DNA of 64,000 nt from an uncultured Bacteriovoracaceae bacterium (GCA_964012805.1 CAXGUD010000003.1:101740-165739), one strand, 5' to 3'. Positions 21,050 to 30,354 are shown, counted from the stretch's first letter. A program made the numbers and translations. The notes: generated by a model from the sequence alone, not told the origin.

Positions 21050-21463
21050 ATGATGCCTGAGATTTTAGATAGGATTCCTCAGAGGGCCCCCTTCTTATTT
21101 TTGGATAGAATTATAGAACTGGGTGAGGGCACCATTTGGGCACAAAAAGATGTAACTGGGGAAGAGGATTTTTTTAAAGGGCATTTTCCTGAAAATCCAA
21201 TCATGCCAGGTGTTTTACTGCAAGAGGCAGCTTTCCAGGCCGGAGCTTTTCTTATGGGTGGGCAATCTGATGGACAAGTTGGTGTTGTTACTCGTGTTGA
21301 TAAAGTTAAATTTCGTGGGCTTGTAAAGCCTGGTGAAACTCTTGATATTAAAGTTGAAAAAACAGATGCTTTATCGAATGCTGTTTTTTTCAAGGGAAAA
21401 CTTTTTGTAAAAGAAAAATGCGTTCTTTCCTTGGAGTTTTCTTGTGCTTTGGTAAATACATAA
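21050..21463 (+). CDS. fabZ: 3-hydroxyacyl-ACP dehydratase, FabZ family
   Basis: IPQRAPFLFLDRI, FFKGHFPENPIMPGVLLQEA, VKFRGLVKPG. Confidence 0.85.
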   Translation: MMPEILDRIPQRAPFLFLDRIIELGEGTIWAQKDVTGEEDFFKGHFPENPIMPGVLLQEAAFQAGAFLMGGQSDGQVGVVTRVDKVKFRGLVKPGETLDIKVEKTDALSNAVFFKGKLFVKEKCVLSLEFSCALVNT

Positions 21464-21473
21464 GGGGGCAGGA

Positions 21474-22265
21474 ATGAGTTTTTTAAAATTGGAAGGAAAG
21501 TCTTTTCTCATAACAGGAGTGGCCAACAAGAAAAGCGTTGCTTGTCATGTTGCCAAGACTCTTATAGAAAATGGTGCAGAAGTTTTTTTCTCTGTTCAAA
21601 ACGAGCCCAATTACGAAAAAGTTAAAAAACTTTTTCCTAATAATAAAATTTTTATTTGTGATGTTGAAAATGAAGATTCCATTGAAAAATTAAGGTTAGG
21701 GTTAGGGGAAAAAACTTTATCTGGTTTTCTTCACTCTATTGCTTTTGCAAATTATTCAGAGGGAATTAAGCCTTTTCATGAAACAAATGTAAAAGATTAT
21801 TTACAGGCAACAAATATCTCATGCTTTTCATTGGTATCTCTGGCCAATGGGTTAAAGAAAAACCTGGCCGAAGATGCTTCCGTGGTTACTATTTCAATTT
21901 CAAATACAAAGGCAACATCTTATGGTTATATGGGACCTATCAAAGCTTCATTAGATGCAACGGTACCTTTTTTGGCCAAAAGCTTTTCAGATTTTTCCAG
22001 AATAAGGTTTAATGCTGTTTGTGCAGGACCTCTAAAAACTTCTGCCTCAGCTGGTATTCCTGGGTATATTAATAACTATATATATTCTGAGCAATTAATG
22101 CTTAGAAAAAAGGCCCTTCATACTTCAGAAGTAGCAGACACTGCGGCTTTTCTTCTTAGTTCAAGGTCAAGTGGGATAAACGGAGAACGCATCGTTGTTG
22201 ATGGTGGTATGAGTTGCAATTATTTCGATCAAAAAGTCGTTAATCTTTTGGCCGATCATATTTAA
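21474..22265 (+). CDS. fabI: Enoyl-ACP reductase, FabI-like
   Basis: TGVANKKSVA, HSIAFA, YGYMGPIKASL (YxxMxxxK), GPLKTSASAGI. Confidence 0.8.
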   Translation: MSFLKLEGKSFLITGVANKKSVACHVAKTLIENGAEVFFSVQNEPNYEKVKKLFPNNKIFICDVENEDSIEKLRLGLGEKTLSGFLHSIAFANYSEGIKPFHETNVKDYLQATNISCFSLVSLANGLKKNLAEDASVVTISISNTKATSYGYMGPIKASLDATVPFLAKSFSDFSRIRFNAVCAGPLKTSASAGIPGYINNYIYSEQLMLRKKALHTSEVADTAAFLLSSRSSGINGERIVVDGGMSCNYFDQKVVNLLADHI

Positions 22266-22343
22266 AAATTATTTTTTTTTGAAGAAGAGAGAGGATATCC
22301 CCTAATAGTCCTCTCCCTCCCTATAAACTCCGGTCCTTATTTT

Positions 22344-22814
22344 TTAGTAAGGGCCGTAAGTAAAACCTGGTCTGTGAATTTCACATCTTACCATTCCATA
22401 AGAAGGCATGATATTTCTACCTCTAAAACCTTGACGACATTTCCTCATGGCTTTTCTACATGCTTTCCTTCTTGCATGCCTAAAATTTTCACCTCTCGCT
22501 TTTCCCCTAAATGAGGTGATGACTTTTCTACCCATAACGAGGTCAGCTCGGCAATGGGCCTTTCTTCGTGGGTGTCTTGGGTAGTACCCACGATCATAAT
22601 CGTCATCCCATCTGCCATCATAATAGTTATCATCCCAGTCATTAGAAGGATCTTGCCAACCGTCGTTACGGTCATCCCAGCCACTATCCCAGCCATCGTG
22701 ATCCCAAGATCTTTCAATTTCATTGTCAATAGGTTCAAGAGAGATTGAGTCTGTTGCATTTGAAAAAGAAGACATCGAAAACATAACTAGCAGGATAAAA
22801 AAATTTTTCTTCAT
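22344..22814 (-). CDS. Secreted protein with Trp/Asp-rich repeats and a basic Cys-containing C-terminus
   Basis: AGGAG RBS, signal peptide, recurring WD(D) motifs, Arg-rich domain with 4 Cys. Confidence 0.75.
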   Translation of the reverse strand: MKKNFFILLVMFSMSSFSNATDSISLEPIDNEIERSWDHDGWDSGWDDRNDGWQDPSNDWDDNYYDGRWDDDYDRGYYPRHPRRKAHCRADLVMGRKVITSFRGKARGENFRHARRKACRKAMRKCRQGFRGRNIMPSYGMVRCEIHRPGFTYGPY

Positions 22815-23048
22815 TACTTTCTCCTGTTTTAAAGTACCTACAAAGCGCCTTTTATAGCTTTTAAGAGGTCCAAAAGGAAGAAAATAAACCTTACATAATG
22901 TTGATAAAAGAACTTGCTTTTAGGGCCATATTGACCTGTTTACTCAAAGATTTTATCAACAACAATTAGGTATAAATTTTTAACTGTAAACAAATTTATG
23001 GAGTTATAATAAATAAGTTAGGTTTTAATTTCAAAAAGGAATAATTAA

Positions 23049-24446
23049 ATGGCTTCTCAGAAAGTGGAAGACGGAGGAAAAATTTTAATCGTTGAGGACG
23101 AAGAGAGTGTCGCAGACGTCATGGAAATGTATATTGAAACTGAATTCGATAATGAAATTATTTTTGCCAAATCTGGAAATGAAGCTATTGAAATATTAAA
23201 AAAAGACCATGATATTGTTCTTGTTCTCTCCGACTATACTATGGAAGATGGAAATGGAAGAGTCTTATATAGATTTTTAAAGGAGTCCTCTCTAGACCCT
23301 GCTTTTATTTTAGTATGTGCCGAAGACAATATAGATCCAGCTGATATGCCGGAATTTATGGAACTTTTTGAAAATAGAAGTGAATTGCCCTTTTTGACAA
23401 AACCATTTAACAAAGAAGAATTGGTAAAAATCGTCTCTGATTTTTTAAAAACAAAAATAGAACTTTTAAGTGAGAGCTATTCTCCAATTTCAGCTGACCG
23501 CTTTTTAATCTTTAAAGAGATGCCTGTACAGGCCTTTATGAAAATGACAGGGCTTGGAAAATACCTCCCGGTTTTTAATAAAGGAGCCGAAGTTCATGAA
23601 GAAGATTTCAAAAAGTATATTGATAAAGGTATTCAGTATCTTTTTATAAAAAAAGAAGAGTACGAGGATTTTATTAAGGTTTCAAATGAACACTTAGGTT
23701 TAAAGCTAGGTGTTGAAGCTTCAGATAGTGAAGAAAACAAGAGTAAGTTAGAAGAACAGGTTTTTCTTCAATTCCACAGTATTGAAGGAATTCACAGGGC
23801 ATTAAGGGATTTAGGAATAAAAGAAACGACTATAGAGCTAGCTGATCGTTTTTATAAAACTATCTTGAGTAATTTAAAGAGAAGTCCAAAGATGGCTTCC
23901 ATATTAGGAAAATTGGTTACAAAAAAAAATTACCTTTACCAACTTGGAATATTAACATCCTATTTAAGTGTTGCAATCTTAGAAAAAACAGAGATAAATA
24001 ATAATGAAAATAGTGAAAGGTTAGTAACGGCCTCAATTTGTCAGGACATTTCTCTTGATAATACAGAACTGGCCAAAATTGTAGATATTGAAAACCAGAG
24101 TTTTAAAGACCTTCCATTTGATACAAAAGAACAGGTTTTAACTCACCCGATTCGCTCTGCTCAGCTATTAGTTGATCAAGGTATTTTTTCTAGCGAAACT
24201 GCAAATATTATTAGAGAACATCACGAAAGGCCTGACGGTACTGGTTTCCCAAGGAATCTGGATAGTTCAAATTTGGGGGAGCTTTCCTGCATTTTTATTA
24301 TTGCTCATCACTTTTCTCATAGGCTTTTAACAGAACCTTTAAGTGCAGATACTTTAGGATCCATTAATAATGAGCTTAAAGAAAAGTTTTCTCAAGGAAA
24401 TTTTGAAAAACCTTATGAGGGTTTTATTCAATCTTTTAAGTCATAG
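23049..24446 (+). CDS. Response regulator receiver plus degenerate HD-GYP domain
   Basis: ILIVEDE, LSDYTM and KPF in the receiver; HPIRSA and HHERPDGTGFP; the HD dyad position reads QD. Confidence 0.85.
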   Translation: MASQKVEDGGKILIVEDEESVADVMEMYIETEFDNEIIFAKSGNEAIEILKKDHDIVLVLSDYTMEDGNGRVLYRFLKESSLDPAFILVCAEDNIDPADMPEFMELFENRSELPFLTKPFNKEELVKIVSDFLKTKIELLSESYSPISADRFLIFKEMPVQAFMKMTGLGKYLPVFNKGAEVHEEDFKKYIDKGIQYLFIKKEEYEDFIKVSNEHLGLKLGVEASDSEENKSKLEEQVFLQFHSIEGIHRALRDLGIKETTIELADRFYKTILSNLKRSPKMASILGKLVTKKNYLYQLGILTSYLSVAILEKTEINNNENSERLVTASICQDISLDNTELAKIVDIENQSFKDLPFDTKEQVLTHPIRSAQLLVDQGIFSSETANIIREHHERPDGTGFPRNLDSSNLGELSCIFIIAHHFSHRLLTEPLSADTLGSINNELKEKFSQGNFEKPYEGFIQSFKS

Positions 24447-24575
24447 TTTATGAAAGAAACAAAATATTTTACTTTAACTACTTTTTTTACTGTTTTTTCA
24501 TTAAATTTATTGAAAAATTATATTCTAAGAATCAAATGAAATTTTTGAAAGATATCCTTTAAGTAAGGAGCGAAG

Positions 24576-25565
24576 ATGGACTCTCTGGTCAAATTAGAGG
24601 AAGAGCTCAGATATATTAATAAGACAGAACTGGGAAGGCGCGCTTTCCTAGGTTCCCTTCCGATTCTATTAGCTTCTTGCGCGACATCTAGACATAGGCA
24701 GCGAGAAGGAGATAATTCCGGACAAGCGACGTCTCTTTCAGTTGAAGATGAAAAGAGAATGACTCAGCAATATATTCCAAAAATGAGAAAGGACTATCCG
24801 CCCTTAAAGAATGATAAAGTCCAGCGTTATATAGCCAGTCTTGGAAGAAAGATTGCTTCAAAAAATGGACTAGAGGGAAAGCCTTATAATTACAACTTTT
24901 CAGTTGTGGATACAAAAATGGTTAATGCTTTCGCCTTGCCAGCGGGCACGATCTATGTGACCGCACCTCTGATTGAAATGGCCGAAACGGAGTCTGAGTT
25001 GGCCGGAGTTATTGGTCATGAAATCGGTCACGTAAAGGCCAGGCATACTGCTGAAAGAATAGATAAGGCAAAAAAAGAACAGAAAAAGAGCATTTTATAT
25101 GGGTTAGGTGGAGCCATCCTTGGTGGCTTAGCTGGTTATGGGCTCGGAAAGTTAGTGTGCAGCCGCCAGGATAGAGAGTGCTTGAGGAGGATGGCGAAGT
25201 ATGGTTCCATGGCGGGAGCAGGGGGGGCCCTTTTAATTCAAAAGTATGCCTTCATGGCGAACTCCAGAGAAGATGAAATGGAAGCTGATAGGATTGGCTT
25301 TAGGACAAGTGTTGGAGCAGGGTACCATTCCAATCACGTAGGACTTTTTTATAAAAAATTACTAGAAATGGAAAAAAAGTATAATAAGAATACAAATTCA
25401 ATTCTTGCTTCCTTTGCAGATGCTATGAGCACCCATCCTCCAAGTGAAGAAAGAGTTGTCCAGATGGATAAAATGTCGAGGAAATGGCCCTCTTCAAAGA
25501 AGGCGATTGTTTCGACAAAAGAGTTTGAAGAAGTCAAAAAAATTATAAAAAAGTCAAAAAGTTAA
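24576..25565 (+). CDS. M48-family zinc metallopeptidase, probable Tat lipoprotein
   Basis: NAFALPAG, HEIGH, SREDEMEAD, STHP; N-terminal GRRAFL plus lipobox LASC. Confidence 0.9.
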   Translation: MDSLVKLEEELRYINKTELGRRAFLGSLPILLASCATSRHRQREGDNSGQATSLSVEDEKRMTQQYIPKMRKDYPPLKNDKVQRYIASLGRKIASKNGLEGKPYNYNFSVVDTKMVNAFALPAGTIYVTAPLIEMAETESELAGVIGHEIGHVKARHTAERIDKAKKEQKKSILYGLGGAILGGLAGYGLGKLVCSRQDRECLRRMAKYGSMAGAGGALLIQKYAFMANSREDEMEADRIGFRTSVGAGYHSNHVGLFYKKLLEMEKKYNKNTNSILASFADAMSTHPPSEERVVQMDKMSRKWPSSKKAIVSTKEFEEVKKIIKKSKS

Positions 25566-25576
25566 GGTGACTGAAT

Positions 25577-26605
25577 ATGATTGATTTAAGATCTGATACC
25601 GTGACAAAGCCAACTGAAAAAATGAAAGAATCGATGATGAAAGCAAAAGTTGGTGACGATGTTTTTGGGGAAGACCCAACCGTTAATGAGTTACAAAAGC
25701 AAATGGCGGATATGTTAGGAAAGGAGGCCGCTCTTTTTGTACCTTCAGGGACAATGGCCAACCAGCTTGGCATTGGCTCTTTAACTCAGCCAGGTGATGA
25801 ATTACTTTGCCATAGCTCTTATCATGTTTATCAATGGGAAGGAGGAGGACTTGCAAGATTATGGGGTGTTACGACTAGAACCATTGAAAAGGAAGAAGGC
25901 TTTTTAGATGTAGAGGACCTTCAAAATAAAGTAAGGCCTTTAGATTCACATTACGCGAAAACATCAATTATATCTCTTGAAAATACTCTTAATAGGATGG
26001 GCGGTAGAGTTTTTCCCTTAGATAAGATAAAAAAAATAGCTTTTTGGGCCAGAAACAACGGCCTAAAGATGCATTTAGATGGGGCCAGACTTTTTAATGC
26101 GTCTATTGCTTCAGATGTCCCACTCAAAGAATGGGGAAAGTACTTTGATACAATATCAGTTTGCTTTTCAAAAGGTTTGGGAGCTCCTTTAGGGTCTATT
26201 TTAGTGGGAAATAAGGGTGAAATAGAAAAGGCCCACCGTCTAAGAAAATTTATGGGTGGTGGAATGAGACAAGCTGGGATAGCAGCAGCATCGGCACTGT
26301 ACGCAATAAAAAATAATGTAGAACGTTTAAAAGTAGATCATACAAATGCGAAAGTTTTAGCTAATTCAATTGTAGAAATTGATGGTCTTGAGCTCGAGTT
26401 TTCAAAAGTTGAAACAAATATTGTGTGGATTAAGGTGGACCCAAAAAAGGCCAAAGCTCCAGAGCTTATAAATTCATTGAAGGAAAAGGGAATACTAGTC
26501 ACTGGGGGGCCAGACAACTTGATAAGGGCCGTGACCCACTTAGATGTCAACGAGAATGATATCCAAAAAGTTTCAGCGGTACTTTTAGATTTAATGGGAT
26601 CTTAG
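25577..26605 (+). CDS. ltaE: Low-specificity L-threonine aldolase
   Basis: IDLRSDTVT, GDDVFGEDPT, SGTMANQ, HLDGARLFNA, PLP lysine in CFSKGLGAP. Confidence 0.93.
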   Translation: MIDLRSDTVTKPTEKMKESMMKAKVGDDVFGEDPTVNELQKQMADMLGKEAALFVPSGTMANQLGIGSLTQPGDELLCHSSYHVYQWEGGGLARLWGVTTRTIEKEEGFLDVEDLQNKVRPLDSHYAKTSIISLENTLNRMGGRVFPLDKIKKIAFWARNNGLKMHLDGARLFNASIASDVPLKEWGKYFDTISVCFSKGLGAPLGSILVGNKGEIEKAHRLRKFMGGGMRQAGIAAASALYAIKNNVERLKVDHTNAKVLANSIVEIDGLELEFSKVETNIVWIKVDPKKAKAPELINSLKEKGILVTGGPDNLIRAVTHLDVNENDIQKVSAVLLDLMGS

Positions 26606-26624
26606 AGAAAAGTTGTTTTTAGAG

Positions 26625-27845
26625 TTAGCTTGCGATTTTGAAGTATAAATTAAAAGTTGTTCCAGAATCCTCAGTATTCTCACTTTTTACCTTACTTAGA
26701 ACTTCTATTCTCCCTTCATAAAGGTCCATATAGCTTTTTACAATTGGCATCCCAAATCCTGTACCAGGTTCTCCTTCTGTCCCGGGGCGGCTTGTCTTAG
26801 CTTCATCATCAAAGAGTTTTGTTAGGATATTTTCAGGAATTCCAATACCATTGTCACTCATTGTAAGCAGGATTTGGTCATTCGACCTTTTGGCAACGAT
26901 CTCTATCGATCCATTGTTATCACAAAACTTTATTGAATTTGATATAATGTTGTTAACAACATTGTTTGAAAGGGATACCTTTTCTGCAAGGATACTTTCA
27001 CCATCTAGATAATTACTAAAAGTGAAATTAATATTTTTATTTTCCATCTTTGATTCGAAAGTAAAACGCGCATTCTCTATAACTTCTTCAAGAACAACTG
27101 GTCCTAGTTTAACTTTAATTTTTCCGGATTTTACAGCTTCCAATTCTTTGATTTGATTAAGGATATCAACAATATTGATGGTTGCTTTACCGATTGCAGA
27201 AATTTTCTTAATTATTTTTTCTTCATTTCCTTTGTGATCAGATTCGATGAATTTATTTGTCAATTTTATAGAGTTTCGAATAACTGTTAGAGGATTTGCA
27301 ATATCGTGGAAGACAATTCTTAATAGCGTTTTATTTTTGCTCAATTCATTTTTAAGTCGAGCAATTTCTAAAGGAAGGTTTTTCTGGTCACTTTGAATCA
27401 TCGAAGAGGCAGTAGATAGATCCTCAATATCCACAATCATTTTGTTAAACTGGTCAAAGATTATATTTATATCGTGAGATATTTGGTCAATTTCATCCCA
27501 GTTTTTTACCTTAGGGTTAAGGTTGAGTTTATTTTTTGTGTAGTTCTCTCTTTGTGAATAAAGGTTTTGAAGAATATAACTTAGTCTGTTTTCAAAATAG
27601 TTTTTTATTCTATTTTGAAAAAATTTGTAAGCAATAATATCTCCAATAAAAATGATAAGAAACCAAATACCGATTTTTAATGGTGTTTTAGAAGATGGGG
27701 TTAAAAAGTATTCAAGTCCTATAAGCAGTACAAGAGAGACAATAGACAAAAGAGCGAGTGCCACTGAAAATTTTTTCAAGATGCCATCGCTTAGTTTTTT
27801 TGGCGTTTCTAACTTATCCAGTTCTTCCATGAAGTTCAAGCCCAT
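26625..27845 (-). CDS. Membrane sensor histidine kinase
   Basis: Two TM helices; H-box HDIANPL, N-box NIISNSIKF, DNGIG, GTGFG. Confidence 0.9.
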   Translation of the reverse strand: MGLNFMEELDKLETPKKLSDGILKKFSVALALLSIVSLVLLIGLEYFLTPSSKTPLKIGIWFLIIFIGDIIAYKFFQNRIKNYFENRLSYILQNLYSQRENYTKNKLNLNPKVKNWDEIDQISHDINIIFDQFNKMIVDIEDLSTASSMIQSDQKNLPLEIARLKNELSKNKTLLRIVFHDIANPLTVIRNSIKLTNKFIESDHKGNEEKIIKKISAIGKATINIVDILNQIKELEAVKSGKIKVKLGPVVLEEVIENARFTFESKMENKNINFTFSNYLDGESILAEKVSLSNNVVNNIISNSIKFCDNNGSIEIVAKRSNDQILLTMSDNGIGIPENILTKLFDDEAKTSRPGTEGEPGTGFGMPIVKSYMDLYEGRIEVLSKVKSENTEDSGTTFNLYFKIAS

Positions 27846-27962
27846 CTCAGTATCTGTAAATTCCTCCGGATTCTAGACCATTATCGCTGATACAACTAAA
27901 AAAGATCAATGGGTCAAAAAAGTATTCTCTATAAAAAAATTGGAGAGCGATAGTGTCTATTA

Positions 27963-28304
27963 TTACTTGATATCCTTTTTCCACTGGGGGCCTTTGCCCT
28001 TTTCCAGAAGTTCCCATTCTTTAAGTATTTGATCGATGTAGTCAAAATCTTCTAAGATTTCTTCAAGTTCTTTTAAGATTTTTTCCTTGTTGGAGGTTAA
28101 GATTAAGCCTCCGGTGTAATGTTTTAAGCTTTGGTCTTCTTTTTTAGATATTATAAAAAGTGAATAGAAATTGAATTCCCCGTTTTTTAAGTCATCTAAT
28201 GTATAATCACTATTAAGAGGAGCCTTTTGTTGCGGTTTAAAGTCAGGGTCTTCTCTTAATTCAACGTAGAAGGCAATGTCCTCTAATTTGAATTTAAACT
28301 CCAT
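27963..28304 (-). CDS. Hypothetical protein
   Basis: 113-aa ORF with an AAGGA RBS; no recognisable motif. Confidence 0.65.
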   Translation of the reverse strand: MEFKFKLEDIAFYVELREDPDFKPQQKAPLNSDYTLDDLKNGEFNFYSLFIISKKEDQSLKHYTGGLILTSNKEKILKELEEILEDFDYIDQILKEWELLEKGKGPQWKKDIK

Positions 28305-28398
28305 AAAGTTTCCTTTTTTGACAAGCTTTAGCCTCTTTTTTTGTGGTAACCTCTAACAGCAAAGTATTTTTATTAGTTTTCATATCGTGTTAAATTTT

Positions 28399-29442
28399 AT
28401 GGCCGTAGAAAATCATTCTGATAAAGCTTCAGACTCAATCGTTTTAACAGGATCCAGCGAGGATTTAAAGGTCCTTTTGATAAAAAGAAAAAATGATCCG
28501 TATAAAGGTTTATGGGCTTTTCCTGGTGGGTTTATTGATGATGAAGAGGAGGCTTATACCGCTTCTAAACGGGAGCTTTTTGAGGAAACGGGGCTAGACC
28601 TTAAGGGATGGAAGGGAGTCCCCTTATCCAGGAGAAAGAAAAAAGGAAGAGACCCCAGAGGAGAAATTGAGTCCTTTCCTTTTTTATTTTATAGGGAAGG
28701 TCTCGAAAAGTTAAAAATTGAGGGGAGAGATGATGCTCTAGAAGCAAAATGGTTCAGTTTACGAGAAATTCGTGAGTTGGCCTTTGATCATGGTGCAATT
28801 CTTTGCGAAGCACTTGGGTATTTTTGGGGAGACTTTTTTGGAATAGGGGGAGCCGAAGATCTTAAAAGTATTGTATTACCTTCATTTTTAGAAAAAGGGC
28901 GCTCTTTATCAGGAGATTTTTCTGGTCGTGTTACATTTTTTGGGGGAAGTTTTAATCCATGGCATAAGGGGCACAGGGCTTGCTTAGAGTTGTGTCCTGA
29001 AAAAGATATCATCGTTATTCCAGATACAAACCCTTTCAAGTTGAATGAAGCAGGCTTTGAATATAAGACTTGTTTTTGGAAAATATTTAAACAAATGGCA
29101 CTTGAGATGGAAGAAGCTCCTTACGGTTTTTTTCCAGGCTTTTTTGGAAAAGAAGAAGTCAATCCAACTGCTCGATGGCTCTCAAAAGTACCCTTCTCTC
29201 AGAAGGGTCTTCTTATGGGAGACGACAGCTTTGTTGAATTGGAATCATGGGCCGATTTTAGAGGTTTGCTTTCTTCTTTGAATCATATTTATGTTGCACC
29301 TAGGAATTTTTCTCAAGATGAGTTAAAAAACAATGCGCTTAAGTTGGGTAGTGCTTTTCCTGAGGTTGATATTATTATTCTACCAAACCATGACTTTCAA
29401 AGTGAATCATCAACAGCTTTAAGGAAAAATGTACAAAGCTAG
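28399..29442 (+). CDS. Nudix hydrolase fused to NadD-like nucleotidyltransferase
   Basis: Nudix box GGFIDDEEEAYTASKRELFEETGL, RDPRG, LAFDH; then GGSFNPWHKGH, MGDDSF...W and SSTALR. Start is ATG 28399 or GTG 28387. Confidence 0.8.
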   Translation: MAVENHSDKASDSIVLTGSSEDLKVLLIKRKNDPYKGLWAFPGGFIDDEEEAYTASKRELFEETGLDLKGWKGVPLSRRKKKGRDPRGEIESFPFLFYREGLEKLKIEGRDDALEAKWFSLREIRELAFDHGAILCEALGYFWGDFFGIGGAEDLKSIVLPSFLEKGRSLSGDFSGRVTFFGGSFNPWHKGHRACLELCPEKDIIVIPDTNPFKLNEAGFEYKTCFWKIFKQMALEMEEAPYGFFPGFFGKEEVNPTARWLSKVPFSQKGLLMGDDSFVELESWADFRGLLSSLNHIYVAPRNFSQDELKNNALKLGSAFPEVDIIILPNHDFQSESSTALRKNVQS

Positions 29443-29461
29443 CCTTAAGGCTTTTTTTTGC

Positions 29462-29495
29462 AAAAAAAAACCTTCGACAAGTGCGAAGGTTTTTT
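29462..29495. terminator. Bidirectional intrinsic terminator
   Basis: A9-CCTTCG-acaagtg-CGAAGG-T6 between the convergent Nudix-NadD gene and rpsD. Confidence 0.85.
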
Positions 29496-29526
29496 AGTTT
29501 TTTTAATTTTAGAAGTTCTGGAGGGA

Positions 29527-30159
29527 CTAGATTCTCCAGAAATATTCCGTTACAAGCTGATCTTCAAAAGCAAATGGAATATCGTCTTTGATAGGATAGT
29601 CTACTAAAGAAGCCTTTACTTTATTAGCTCCGTCTTTTTCCGTATTGTAACAAGCTGGAACAGTTGGGATACGAGGGCTTTTTTGAGATTGCATGTAAAG
29701 GACTGAGTTATAGGCTTTGTCAGAAAGCGTAATAACATCACCTTTTTCAATAAGGTATCCAGAAACCGTCACTTTTTTACCGTTAACAAAAACGTGACCG
29801 TGTCTTACCATTTGAGACGCTGCAGCCATGCTGGGGGCAAAGTTCAGTCTAAAAACAGCGTTATTAAGTCTTCTTTCAAGAGTAATAAGAAGTGTCTCCA
29901 TCCAAGCTCTAGATCTATCCTTCTTAGATTTACGAACGTAATTTACAAGTTGTTTTTCTCTAAGAGCATAGTGGTACTTTAGCTTTTGTTTTTCTTTGAG
30001 ACGCATAGAGTAGTCAGAAATCTTTTTTCTTTCGTTACCGTGTTGTCCCGGTGGGTATGGTTTTCTTTCCAAAGCGCCTGGTTTTCCAAGACCAGGTAGT
30101 TCTATACCTAGACTTCTTTGCAGTTTGAAAGCGCTCCTCTTAAACGTACTCTTTGCCAT
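29527..30159 (-). CDS. rpsD: 30S ribosomal protein S4 (stand-alone, no Zn-ribbon cysteines)
   Basis: YPPGQHG, SDYSMRLKEKQKLK, LERRLNNAVFRL, QMVRHGHVFVNG. Confidence 0.93.
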   Translation of the reverse strand: MAKSTFKRSAFKLQRSLGIELPGLGKPGALERKPYPPGQHGNERKKISDYSMRLKEKQKLKYHYALREKQLVNYVRKSKKDRSRAWMETLLITLERRLNNAVFRLNFAPSMAAASQMVRHGHVFVNGKKVTVSGYLIEKGDVITLSDKAYNSVLYMQSQKSPRIPTVPACYNTEKDGANKVKASLVDYPIKDDIPFAFEDQLVTEYFWRI

Positions 30160-30289
30160 TTGTGCTTCCTTTTCCTTTTTCTAATGTTGAAAAATGTTCT
30201 TTTTTTATTATGTTTTTATCTAAATAAATTCAATTTATACTATTGTTTAAAGGCAACTAAGGCTTTCAAAAATTGAATTTTGAGCTAAT

Positions 30290-30318
30290 GTCTTACTACC
30301 TGTTTGGGTGGCTGTCAA
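30290..30318 (-). promoter_or_regulatory. Candidate sigma70 promoter for rpsD
   Basis: Minus strand TTGACA-N17-TAAGAC, about 130 nt upstream of the ATG. Confidence 0.5.
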
Positions 30319-30354
30319 ACATTAACAGGTAATGGCATCGAAAAGGTTGATTAG

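Noticed and set aside
22600..22710. CRISPR-like or DNA tandem repeat (recurring ATCCCA)
   Set aside because: Short, irregular and explained by Trp-Asp codons of the minus-strand gene.
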